Below the pieces are notes generated by a model, which did not search any database, was not told where the DNA came from, and saw only the letters and a program-made list of their open reading frames with translations. 64,000 bases of DNA from Centroscyllium fabricii (lineage: Eukaryota): positions 145,390,001-145,454,000 of the forward strand of contig JBNRSN020000014.1 in assembly GCA_051313645.2 (NCBI GenBank), written 5' to 3'. The position numbers were made by a program, and so were the translations under genes. Numbering within the stretch: the stretch's first letter is position 1; every line of letters begins with the position of its first letter. Below are positions 11,601 to 23,600 of this stretch, one piece after another.

Positions 11601-14600
11601 TATCAGTTATGATGTCTATTTTCCTCTGTTCATGCCCTGAGGGATTCCGATACCGTTGTTGTCTGCGTATGACTTTGATTGTTAAATGGGTTATGTTGAA
11701 AACTATTGAGCACTGTACAGTGGGAAAGTCAAAGCGTGTGTAGCTAAATACAAAAACAATTCAATTTATTTAAAGTTTTATTACATTTGTTCAGAATTTG
11801 AAGCCTCTTTTAATAAATTTCTTCAAACTCTAGTGTGCAGCATATAAGCCAAAAAGAGTTTGGGGGTGGGGGGAAATCATGCTGTGGTGCTCAACCCATG
11901 AGTGATGAGGCTTTTCCCCACCAGCAAGCTGAGGATTGTATTCCACTGTCCCATGTGCACGTACAATGCTTCATGATCACATGCTTCAATAGCATTAAAA
12001 CTAGCAATCAGTTAGAGCTGTGTTGAGTAATGAGTTGGGCTCCTTTTCTCTACAAATAATGTTAGAAGAATCAATACATTTGTGAAAAGAAAAGATGTAA
12101 CACTGACGAGGTGGTTTTATACCTTCGATCTTTTACACACACGGGAATCCTATAATGTTGAAAAACTACTGTATCCCAAGATGTGTTGCACTGCTCAAAC
12201 CCTCACAATATTACTTTGTGCTCGTTCAAGACTACTGTACTTTCATCAAATAATACTTTCCAGTAAATTGCTTTTGGGACTTTTTCCCCCAAACGTACTT
12301 TAAAGTGACAAGCTCTTTGGCTGTGACTGCAGCCAGTTTCCAAATTATCCACACACAAAAGCTATTTTACAGTAATGTTAATCTCCCAACATGTGACCAA
12401 AAATACCGTGATGCCCTCCTCCAAAAGCTGTTCCGAGTAAGAAACCAGTCTCTGATCCAAGCCAGACAGTTTCCAGATTATTAATAAAGGAATTTAGTGA
12501 AACAGCCATGCACTTCATAGTTGCATCAAATATTGATGAAAGTTATGCCTTGTATTCTGACACTTGTACAATAACGGTCTCTTAATTCTTTACAGAATAC
12601 ACAGATGATAATGCTCTAATCCCTAAGAATTCATCTGTCATTATAAAAAGAATTCCTATTGGAGGCGTGAAATCTGCTGGCAAAACATTTGTCATGTAAG
12701 TATCTGCAATTTTTTCATAGAAAATAAATGTCTATTGTATGTTTATGGAGCAGCATCTTTAAACAGCTTGAGAATGATTGGTGTTTTTCAGAGCTTTGCA
12801 TTTTAACAGTTAGCATTCTTGTATTTTGAGGGATGCAATTTCACATTTAATTGACCAATAGGAAGTTGTGCCGTGGTTATCATGAAAGTGGATTTAACTA
12901 GTTGCGTGAAATATACATGCACTCGACATTCCTTCGTTTTTCCATTTTAGATGTGACTGACTGGCAGATAAGGCTTTAGTGAGTATTTAAGGCCCACAAC
13001 TCAACCCTGTAGGTCTGTAATGCATCATGTGCTCACATATTTTGATGCATAATGTAAATGTACACACACTATTGTCTTGGAGGAAATGACAGGCTGCCTG
13101 TAACTGCAGTGATAAAGGATGGTGGCTGTTAAGTTCAATATAAGCACAAAGTGCACATCAAATGCACAAAATATAGAAATGTAACTGACGCATTATATTT
13201 CAGAATTGTTTGGAAAGTTCAAGAATAAAATGTAATATAAAACTGTCTGAGGTTTGGACCTGGAAGCGATGAGGATGGACACTCATCGCATTGCTGGCCA
13301 TTGTGCCATTCTCTTGCTACTGTGCACTTAGCAAACTTAGCCGATAGCTATCCAAGCCAAATACGATCCACAGGGCAGACCTTGGCCCTTTTGTGTGTTG
13401 AACAGTCACCCCAAGTCCGAGGTTATAACTGAAGATATATTGCCCCCAAAAAATCTGTCATCTTCAAACTTCAAGGCAGTGTCCAATATTTTGACTTCAT
13501 GGGCTGTTTAGGTCAATACTTTCGACGGTATATAAAGTTTACATTACTGTTCGCATTAATTTGCATATAACTAACCTGATCCAGGTGTACTGATTTAGGT
13601 TTATCCACCGACAAGACAATCTTTCCAAACAAGAAGTCTGACTCACTAATCGAACCAAGTTGTAATGGTTAGAGGGCTGGTAATGGCCATGCTCAATAAA
13701 TTGACCTTCCTAATCTAACTACTAAATTTTTCTTTTGTTTTTGCCCTGAGATGCCCCGAGAAGCACGATCAGTGTGCACTTTCTTGCAGTAGTTTATGTG
13801 CTCAGTTTGCCTCCTTCTGAACTTGGCTAAAGATATACAGCAGAATCTAGTCATATTTTCAAAATTAATCATTACATTGCTGTGAATCCAAAATCAACTT
13901 TCTGAAAGTGATCACTTGGCATAGCAGCTGGGCCGCCTTCATTTCAGATCTGGGGAGGGGTGCCTGTATGTGATTTTGGTTAGCCAGTAATGCATTTGAG
14001 GATAGCAAGTACTTGATGATTCAAGGAGATGCACTTGGGAAGGATATCGAGCCATTTCATTATGGTGGGAATCGAGTCTATTAGGAATAATCTGAGCTAT
14101 TTGGAAATGTGAGCTGCTCCAAAATCTCATTCCACTCACACCAGGGGAAGTGTGGCATTTAACCCAAAAGAAACTTGTTTTGTCTCCACCAGTTTGTGTG
14201 GAAGAAGCCGCACAACTCCAGTTCATGGAGTAAAAGTTTAATCTTTAGGCTTTCCTGTTCCATTAATCTCCCTCCATGCAAATGTTCAACATCATTGTAT
14301 GCTTTCACCTGTATGATGGTGTCGGAGCATGCTGATTCAAGTTCTATTAATTTGGACTCCAGTAGCTTTTTTTTAATCTATTGATGGGATGTGGGTGTCA
14401 CTGGCTGGCTAGGCCTGCATTTAGTGCCCATCCCTAATTGCCCTTGAGAAGATGGTGGTGCGCTGCCTTCTTGAACCGCTGCAGTCCATATGGTGTCGGT
14501 ACGCCCAAAATGTTAGGAAGGGAGTTCCAGGATTTTGGCCCAGCGACAGTGAAGGAGCGGCGATACAGGTCCAAGTCAGGATGGTGTGTGGCTTGCAGGG

Positions 14601-17600
14601 GAACTTGTAGGTGGTGATGCTCCCATGTGTCTGCTGCCCTTGTCCTTCTAAGTGGTAGAGGTCGCGGGTTTGGAAGGTGCTGTTGAAGGAGCTTTGGCGA
14701 GTTGCTGCAGTGCATCTTGTAGATGGTACACACTGCAGCCACGGTGCGCCGGTGGTGGAGGGAGTGAATGTTGAAGGTGGTGGATGGAGTGCCAATCAAG
14801 CGGCCTGCTTTATCCTGAGTGGTGTCGAGCTTCTTAAGTGTTGTTGGAGCTGCACTCATCCAGGCAAGTGGAGAGTATTCCATCACACTCCTGACTTGTG
14901 CCTTGTAGATGGTGGAAAGGCTTTGGGGAGTCAGGAGGTGAGACACTCGCCGCAGAATTCCCAGCCTCTGGCCTGCTCTTGTAGTCACAGTATTTATATG
15001 GCTGGTCCAGTTCAGTTTCTGATCAATGGTAACCCCCAGGATGTTGATAGTGGGGGATTCAGCGATGATAATGCCGTTGAATGTCATGGGGAGATGGTTG
15101 GAGTCTCGCTTGTTGGAGATGGAAAGATGCCTCAGATGGTGGGAAGTGGCGCTCCACAAGGATCAGCGCTGGGCACTGTTGTTCACCATTTATATCAGCG
15201 ATTTGGACTCTGGTATCGGAAGTACAATTTCAAAATTTGCAGATTTGGTGTAGTTAATAAGAAGAGGACTGTGACTAAATACAGGAAGACATAAATAAAC
15301 TTGCAGAATGAGTGTGTAATTGGCAAATTAACTTCAATGTAGATAAGTGTGAGGTGGTACGTTTTGGTAGGAAGAATACTCCTTGGAAAATCATCTAAAT
15401 GTGGCAGCGAGACAGGGGGATCTGGGAGTACAGTTTCTCAAATTACTAAAAGTAATGAAATAACAACAGAAAACACTGGAAATACTCAGCAGGCCAGGCA
15501 GCATCGGTGGAGAGAGAAACCGAGTTAACGTTTCAGGTCGATGACATTTCTTCAAAACTGGAGAAACCGGGAGGGTGGATAGATTTTAAAGCGAGTGGGG
15601 GTGGGGTGGGGGGCTGAAAGAACAACGGAAAGATCAGCGACAGGCTAGAAGGCGGGGGAGATGAGAGATATTCGGAGAAATTCAAGGAACACAGGATGGC
15701 TCTAGATAGGTGCGAACGGCTCTGGCAGAGAAAAGAAAAAGGCCCAGACGAAAGTGTGGATTGAAAAAGGAGAACACAAATATATATATAATATTTTCAC
15801 TGAGCTTCTGTGGAACAATGCAACAGTTTCTCCAGCGTTTTCTGTTGTTATTTAGGATTTCCAGCATCAGTATTTTGCTATCGCGCTAAAAGTAACAATA
15901 CAGGTTGACCCGATGGGCCGAAGGGCCTCTTTCTGTGCTGTATAACTCTGTAAAGCCACAAAGGGCAAATCAAGCACTCTGGTTCATTTCCAGAGGGATA
16001 GAATTGAAAAGCAGGCCAGTTATTTTAAACCTTTACAGAACCTTGGTTAGACCATATTTGGAGTACGCTGAACAGTTTTGGTCTCCATATTCTAAAAAAG
16101 ATGTAGAGACACCGGAGAAGGTGCAAAAAAAAATTACGAGAATGATGGCAGAACTGAGAGGTTATATCCATCAGGAAAATTAAACCGGCTGGGGCTCTTT
16201 CCTCCAGAAAAGAGAAGGCTGAGTGAGGGGTGGCCTCATAGAGGACTTAAGATTATGGAAAGATTTGATTGGGTGTAGAGATGCTTCCACTTGCAAGCGA
16301 GACCAGAAGTAGGTGCCTCGTAAATAAGATGGCCACGAATATATCCAATAAGGAATTCATGAGAAACTTCTTCACCGTGTGGTTAGACTGTGGAACTTGC
16401 TACCACAAGGAGTAGTTGAAGCGAACAGCTTGGATGCATTTGAGGGGAAGCTCGAAAAACATGAGGGAGAAAACGAGATGTTGATTGGGCCAGATGAAGT
16501 AGGGTGGGAGGGGGCTCGTGTGGAGCATGAACCCGTTGGGCTGGATGGCCTGTTTCTGTGTATCCGTGTTCTTGTGCTAGAAGCTCCATGGAGCACTTTG
16601 AACCTTGGTTGCATTCCCTCACAACAGTAACCATGTTTCAAAGTCGCTATTTGAGTATTTGGGGGCATTCCTGTGAGATGCACTCAGTGCTGAGTTCTCT
16701 TGTAGTGTATTCTTTTAGCCCTTCGGTTTTTGACTTGCTTTAGTTATAAATTGGCACATTTTCACCCTTGTCCCAATTGTAAAACCCTAAACTGACCAGA
16801 AAACACAAGGAAAGCGTGGAAAATACATTCTTCCAAATGTAAAACTCAAAAGAAGATGGGGCTACGGCAGTAATCAAATGGTGGGTGGAGGAAGAAAGCT
16901 GATGTAGTTGAACCAGACTTCAGAGTCCGTGTGGTTTGTCTTTTATTGCTGATGTATTTATACTGGACTAGTAATTTTAAATACATTTTCTTTAAACTAG
17001 ATACGGTGTTCATAGAAGTTGTCGGAGCAAATGTTGTGTTGCACCTAAATAGTTTTAGTCTTGTATATAATTCAACCATTTTTTTGTGCTAAAAAAGTTA
17101 TATCTGGTATTAAATTAAGCACAAATAACAAGGAAATGTATGAATTAAGTGCTTAAGATGTCAATTTGGGTAATTTCAATTAAATGGCTTTGAATCAAGG
17201 GTAGACTGTATACAGGTTGATAATCCGGCACCTGATGGTCCGGCACCTTCAGTGGTTCGACACGATTGGAAACCGGCGCTCTTCATTTTGCAGAGCAGCC
17301 GCTTGGCGGCGCCACCATTTCCCGCGTAGGGTGAGCGAGCGCCAATGGCGTCGGGTGTTTGGGTTTCTGTTTTTTTAGGGCTTGTAAGTGTTCTTATCCG
17401 GGCTCCCTCCTGGGGAGTGTTCTACCGCACGTTCCGGGCCCCGGGGAGTGCTCTACCCGCGCGCTCCCCCTGAACCTTCAGTGGTTTGCAATTTTCAGTG
17501 GTCCGGCCTGGCCGTGAGGGTGCTGGATTAACGGTGCTCAACCTGTACAAGGTGAATGTGAAAAAGGACTTCCATTTATATAACATCACACCTAAATGCC

Positions 17601-20600
17601 CCAAAGTGCTTCAAGTACAACACATTACTTTGAAGTGCAATAAGTGTTATGTAGGGAAGTGCTGTGTTCAGCAAGATGCCACAAGCAGCAATAAGATGAT
17701 TGTGGCACGGTGGCATAGTGGTTAGTGCTGTTGCCTCACAGCGCTAGGGGCCCGGGTTCAAATTAGGCCTCGGGTACTATCTGTGTGGAGTTTGCACATT
17801 CTCCCCGTGTCTGCGTGGCTTCCTCCCACAGTCCAAAGATGTGCAGGTTAGGTTGATTGGCCAGGATAAATTGACCCTTCGTGTTCGGGGATTGAATGTG
17901 TGGGGGTTACGGATAGGGTGGGATATGTGTCGGTGCAGGCTCGATGGGCCGAAATGGCCTCTATCTGCACTGTAGGGGTTCTATGATCTGTTATTGGCCA
18001 AAGGAGGGAATGTTGGTCAGGACACTGGGAAAACGCCCTGCTCTTCACACAATGTCATGGGATTGTACACATCCACACTTGAACCACTGGAATAGACGGT
18101 GGCCCACACTCAGTACTGTACTGGAGTGTCAGCCTTGAATGCTCAAATCTGAGAATTGAGGTTTAGTAGCCTGTCGAACTCCTGCTCAGGCCAGTGGAAT
18201 TGCTGCAGGTAGTTTCAGGACAGACAATATTATATCAACCAGTTCTTTATTATTTTGAGGTGTAGGCATGTGTTTGTCGAGGCGAATGTTGTCCGTACTG
18301 GTTAGATTAATTTTCTGTCACTATCATTCCACAGAAATGTGTTTAAGCTCCTTGGGTTAACTGTTTGACTTTAAAAGGACTTAGATTCAGAATATTGGTT
18401 TTACTGCATGTGACCCATCCATCATCTCACAGATGCTTTCAACCAAGAGGATAAGGCAAGCAGGATAACAGAGCTTTTTAGTGGAGAATGGGCTAAGTGA
18501 AAGCCTTTCCACACTGAGGGCCAATCATGATTCCTTTTTACTGAGCTGTACAATTTATGGTTGTTTTGAAACTCCATTTTGACTGCTGCATTTTTTTTGA
18601 CCTTGAATAGTCCCTCAAGCTTTTTCTTTCAAAGCCCACTGGTAGCATTGTTGATTGAGAATTTGTAATGATACAATGATTCTGTAGTTCACTCTGATGC
18701 TAAATACTTTGGCAGCCAATGTTTTTTTCCTCTTCATCAACTTGTTCTTTCTAGATACATTCTTTTATCTGTCTTATGTTTATCTTGTAAATGAAAAGTA
18801 CATGACTAACATCTTTCCAAATTATCTTCTGCTTTCCAGAGATCGTTCTGAACCAGCAAGTGGGACATCGAAAGCAGTATGTAAAACAAAAATACAATCT
18901 GAACCTTTCTTTTCTTTATTTGTTAAATCTAAGTTGCTATTTTTAAATGAATGATAACCATTAGACAATAATGTTAATGATTTTTTTAAATAATAATTTT
19001 CAAAGCATTGCATAAACTAAGTATACCATGATGCATATCTGACCTGGGTATGTTTTGTAATGCCTACTAAAATGCATTCGTAGTATTTTAAAATACTGTT
19101 GGATAATATTTCAAGACAATTGCCCATATCTGCACATATTATCTGTGTGTGACCTGATAATGGTGCACGGTAATGCACTGTATTTCACATTGAAAATGCT
19201 AGTTAATTTCTGTATGACTCGGTGTTGTACAGATCAGTGTATGATCATTTTCAGAGCTTGTGGTTGCAACAGTTTACAATAGTGAACATGAAAGTGTTCA
19301 TGTGATGTCTGTCTTTATTTAGTATTACATGTGTATAGGCTATTGTGTGCATTTTGTTTCTTCAAATAAAGAATGTTTGAAGTGTATTATCTTCCATTTC
19401 ACATTGTATCACTCAACTTTTTATGGTTTAATAGGTCTGATTTCTTGATGGTGAAACAGGTTGCTTTACACTACGATAAGGCACATGAAAAACCACATTA
19501 GACCCCAGTATCGAATGGATATAAAGCAAATGTTGAATTTGTGCAGTTCAACACTTCCTTCCTCTATATCCTATTTTCACAACAGCACAAGTTTTTTGAA
19601 ACTTTGAGCTCAAACAAACTAAAATTTGACAAGTATCATTGAGTCCCAGAAATATTCAATCCTTCTGTTATTGTTTAATTTTTCTTTTCTGGCCACAGAA
19701 CTTTGCAAATAAATGGAAGTCAGTAGGCTTTTGTGGTGCTATTTCAGTTATACTGGTGTATTTTTATGTCTATTGGTAACAAACTGATGTGTTTCATACC
19801 GTATGTACATGATTTTTCACTTGCACACCACAGAAATCCCCTGACTTGTCAATTTAAAGCTTAATTCTGGCTGTTTTGCCCTTATATGTGATATCTGTGA
19901 AGTAAAAGTTGGATGCTTTTTGTTTGAGCTTTTTTTATAATATATATCCTAAAATAATAAACTTTCATCATGTTAAACTTTGTGCGCGTCAGGCACATTT
20001 AGAATTTGGTTGTCTACTTTATTAATAGATGCAGCCAGTTAATATTGGCACTAAATGTTTGGTTTGATTTTGAATCTCCACACATTTGGGAAACTTAACA
20101 TGAAAAGTAGCTTGCAAACGTTTCTACTGAATTCTCTTAAGCCACATAAAATTGCTATCATGGACTTGTCATTCTACATTGTTGGAAGTTTCAACGTTAC
20201 TAAATGGGACTGGCTAATGGGCCGGTGTCAGCCATGACTTTTATGTCAAATCAGATGTTGGTGTAGTTTGCGGTAAAAAAAAATAGCAGATTTTCCATGA
20301 CAGCCCAGGTGAATGCCCGGTTATGTCAACAATGGCCTTTTTTGTCTGTGTTGCTTTGCTTTGAGCCAATGCGCAAGATCTCAAAAGACCGTGTAGTTCC
20401 TTTGATTTTTGAATATTCTGGTAGGTTTTTAAATGGAGAGTAAGCATTGCCGTGCTACTGTATTTTTTTTAAAGTCTTAGCCACTTGCTGTCTTTTTAAA
20501 GTACGTAGCACCTACTTATTGATGCAATTCAAAATGTATAAATAACGAGTGTTTATATAGTGCCTTTAACGTAGTAGTGCATCCCATGGCATTTCACAGG

Positions 20601-23600
20601 AGTATTAAAAGATTTAAAAAATGTGACCCCGAGCCACGTAAGGAGGAATTAGGGCAGGTGAGCCAAAGCTTGGTCAAAGAGGGAGGTTTTAAGGAGCGTC
20701 TTAAAGGAGGGAAGAGAGGGTTAGGCAGGACATTCCAGAGCTTGGGGCCTCGGCAACAGAAGGCACGGCTACCAATAGTGCAGCAATTTATAACCGGGGA
20801 TGCTTAAGAGGACAATGTTGATCGGCGCGAACGGGACTTGGTGTGATTTAGGACACAGGCAGCTGAGTTTTAGATGACCTCAAGTTTACGTTGGGTAGAA
20901 TGTGGGAGGCCAGCCAGGAGTGCGTTAGAATAGTCAAGTCTAGAGGTCACCGAGGCATGGAGGAGGGTTTCAGCAACGGATGAGGTGAGGCAAGGGTGGA
21001 GACGGGCGATGTTACGGAGGTGGAAATAGGCGGTCTGAGTGATGCTGCAGATGTGTGGTCGCAAGCTCATTTCAGGGCCAAATCTGACCCCAAGGTTGCT
21101 AACAGTGTGGTTGAGTCTGAGAGGAATTGCGTCGGTGGCTGGGGAACGGAGTTTGTGCTGTGGACTGAAAACATTGGCTTTGGTCTTCCCAACATTAAAT
21201 TGGAGAACATTTCTGAACTGGATGTCGGACAAGCAGTCTGAGAATTTAGAGACCGTGGAGGGGTCGAGAGAAGTGCTGGTGAGGTAGAGAAATAAATGTG
21301 TCTTTATGTCGGTGTTCAGCACTTCAGCTGCTGTTTTCAGGAATTCCACTTTGGGGGGGGAAAAGAGTTACTGAGGGTTCAGTAAAACTTGCACTGCAAT
21401 TTCTGAGCCCTCTGTTAATTTCAGTGTTGAGATTTGTAAGAAGTCACACAACACCAGGTTATAGTCCAACAGTTTTATTTGAAATCACAAGCTTTAGGAG
21501 CGCTGCTCCTTCAGGGAAAAGTCACACCTGACGACGGAGCAGCGCTCCGAAAGCTTGTGATTTCAAATAAAACTGTTGGTCTACAGGTTGAAGTTCGTTA
21601 ATCCGGCACCCGAAAAACCGGCAACTTCGAACGTCCGGCAATAATTTGCCCGACAGCCCCATACATGTGCAAAATGGCCACCGCGATCGATGCTTTGGCG
21701 AATGATCTGCGCATGCGCCGCCGAACGGTGAGCGCATGCGCAGATCATTCACAGTGGCCGAGCCTGGCCGCTGCGAGCCTCCCTGAGCCGCGTCTCCCCG
21801 AACGATCAGCGCATGCGCAGACCACTCAAAATGGCCGCTGGCCTTTCGCGGCGGCCATTTTGAATGGTCTGCGCATGCGCTCGCCGTAACTTCAATCGTT
21901 GGGGATTTTCACTTGTCCGGTACGGGCCTGGTCCCGCCCGTGCCGGATTAACGATCTTCAACCTGTATAACCTGGTGCTGTGACTGCTTACACTTGTCCA
22001 CCCCAGTCCAACACTGGCACCTCCGCACCTTGAGATTTCGAAGCATTCTGGTCACATCTCTGACCTTTTCCAGGCTACATTGGAGCAATGTTTTAATGCA
22101 CCAAATTTGTGAGCCAAAATATGGTATTAACCAGGCTGATGAAAGCTATGGGTGCTGAAGTTTCTTTTAAAAATCAAGAAAGCTGGGAGAGGCAGTTCAA
22201 GTGCCACAAGCTTTAAAATGTCAGCACAGCAGAATCTGCTCCATTCAGAGGTCTTTATGCATTCAGTGGATAATTGGCCCCATTTGCCCCCATCCCAGGT
22301 GTGAATAGAGAAATCATAGAATCATAGAAGATAGGAGCAGGAGTAGGCCATTCAGCCCTTCGAGCCTGCTCCGCCATTCAATGAGGTCATGGCTGATCTT
22401 TAGTAAGCTAGTACCCCGTCCCCGCCTTTTCTCCGTAACCTTTAATCCCTTTAGCTTGAAGAAATATATCTAATTCCCTCTTGCATATGTTTAATGAACT
22501 GGCCTCCACCGCCCTCTGTGGCAAGGAATTCCACAGGCCCACCACTCTCTGAGTGAAGAAATTCTTCTTCATGTCTGTCCTAAATGGCTTACCCCTTATT
22601 CTTAGACCGTGGCCCCTGGTTCTGGACTCCCCCGCCATTGGAAACATTCTCTCTGAATCTAACCTGTCCAGACCTTTCAGAATTTTATACGTCTTAATGA
22701 GATCGCCTCTCAATCTTCTAAACTCCAACGAGTACAAGCCCAGACTACATAAATGTACTAGAATGTTTAGTATTAACTGCGATTAAATATTCTCAGTCCT
22801 CCCACCACAAAAGAAGTAATAGTACAGGTGACCTTCTCAAAGGAAACATAAATTACTGATAAACCTTCACAGAAAACCTGTAATATATATAATACAGGTT
22901 GCGCACCGTTAATCCGGCACCCTCGGAACCAGGCCAGTGCCGGACTACTGAAAATGCCGAACCACTGAAGGTTCGGGGAGCGCATGCGTAGACCAGTCCA
23001 AGTGTCCGCTGCGCACGGGTAGAACCGTGCAAAGAGTGAGGGAATGGGAGGTACGTAGATTAGCGGTCCTGGGACTTTCCGGGGAGAGGCCCGCACATCG
23101 CTGGGTGCTGCCAGGAGAGGCCCGCGCATGGCGGAGTGCTGCCGGGAGAGGCCCGCGCATGGCGGGGTGCTGCCGGGAGAGGCCCGCGCATGGCGGGCTG
23201 CTGTCGGTTCGCGAGCGTCCCTGGGATCACATGGGCCAGCCAGTGCGATTCGTGCCGGACCACTGAAGGTGCCGAATTGTCGGGTGCCGGATTACTGGTG
23301 CCCAACCTGTAGATTGGTATTTATACAGAGCCTCGTGTCAAATCTGGAAGCGCTCCACACAAGTGGCTTATTTTGAAGGGAGTGACTGTTGGTCGGCAAG
23401 TGCAATCGCCATTTTACAACCGCAATCGCCCATGAACAGCAGTGAGATGAATAAAAACATAAGAAATAGCAGGAGTTGGCCCCTCGCGTCTGCTCCGCCA
23501 TTCAATAAGATCATGGCTGATCTTCTACCTCAACTCCACCTTCCCACACTCGCCCCATACCCTGTGGTTCCCTTAGTGTCCAAAAATGTATCGATCTGTC

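Larger units (their letters stand above)
21436..22029. mobile_element. Penelope-like palindromic insertion, family A, containing a nested MITE
   Basis: Inverted arms; 9-bp direct repeat TTGAGATTT (21427-21435, 22030-22038); hammerhead core at 21525-21560. Confidence 0.8.
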
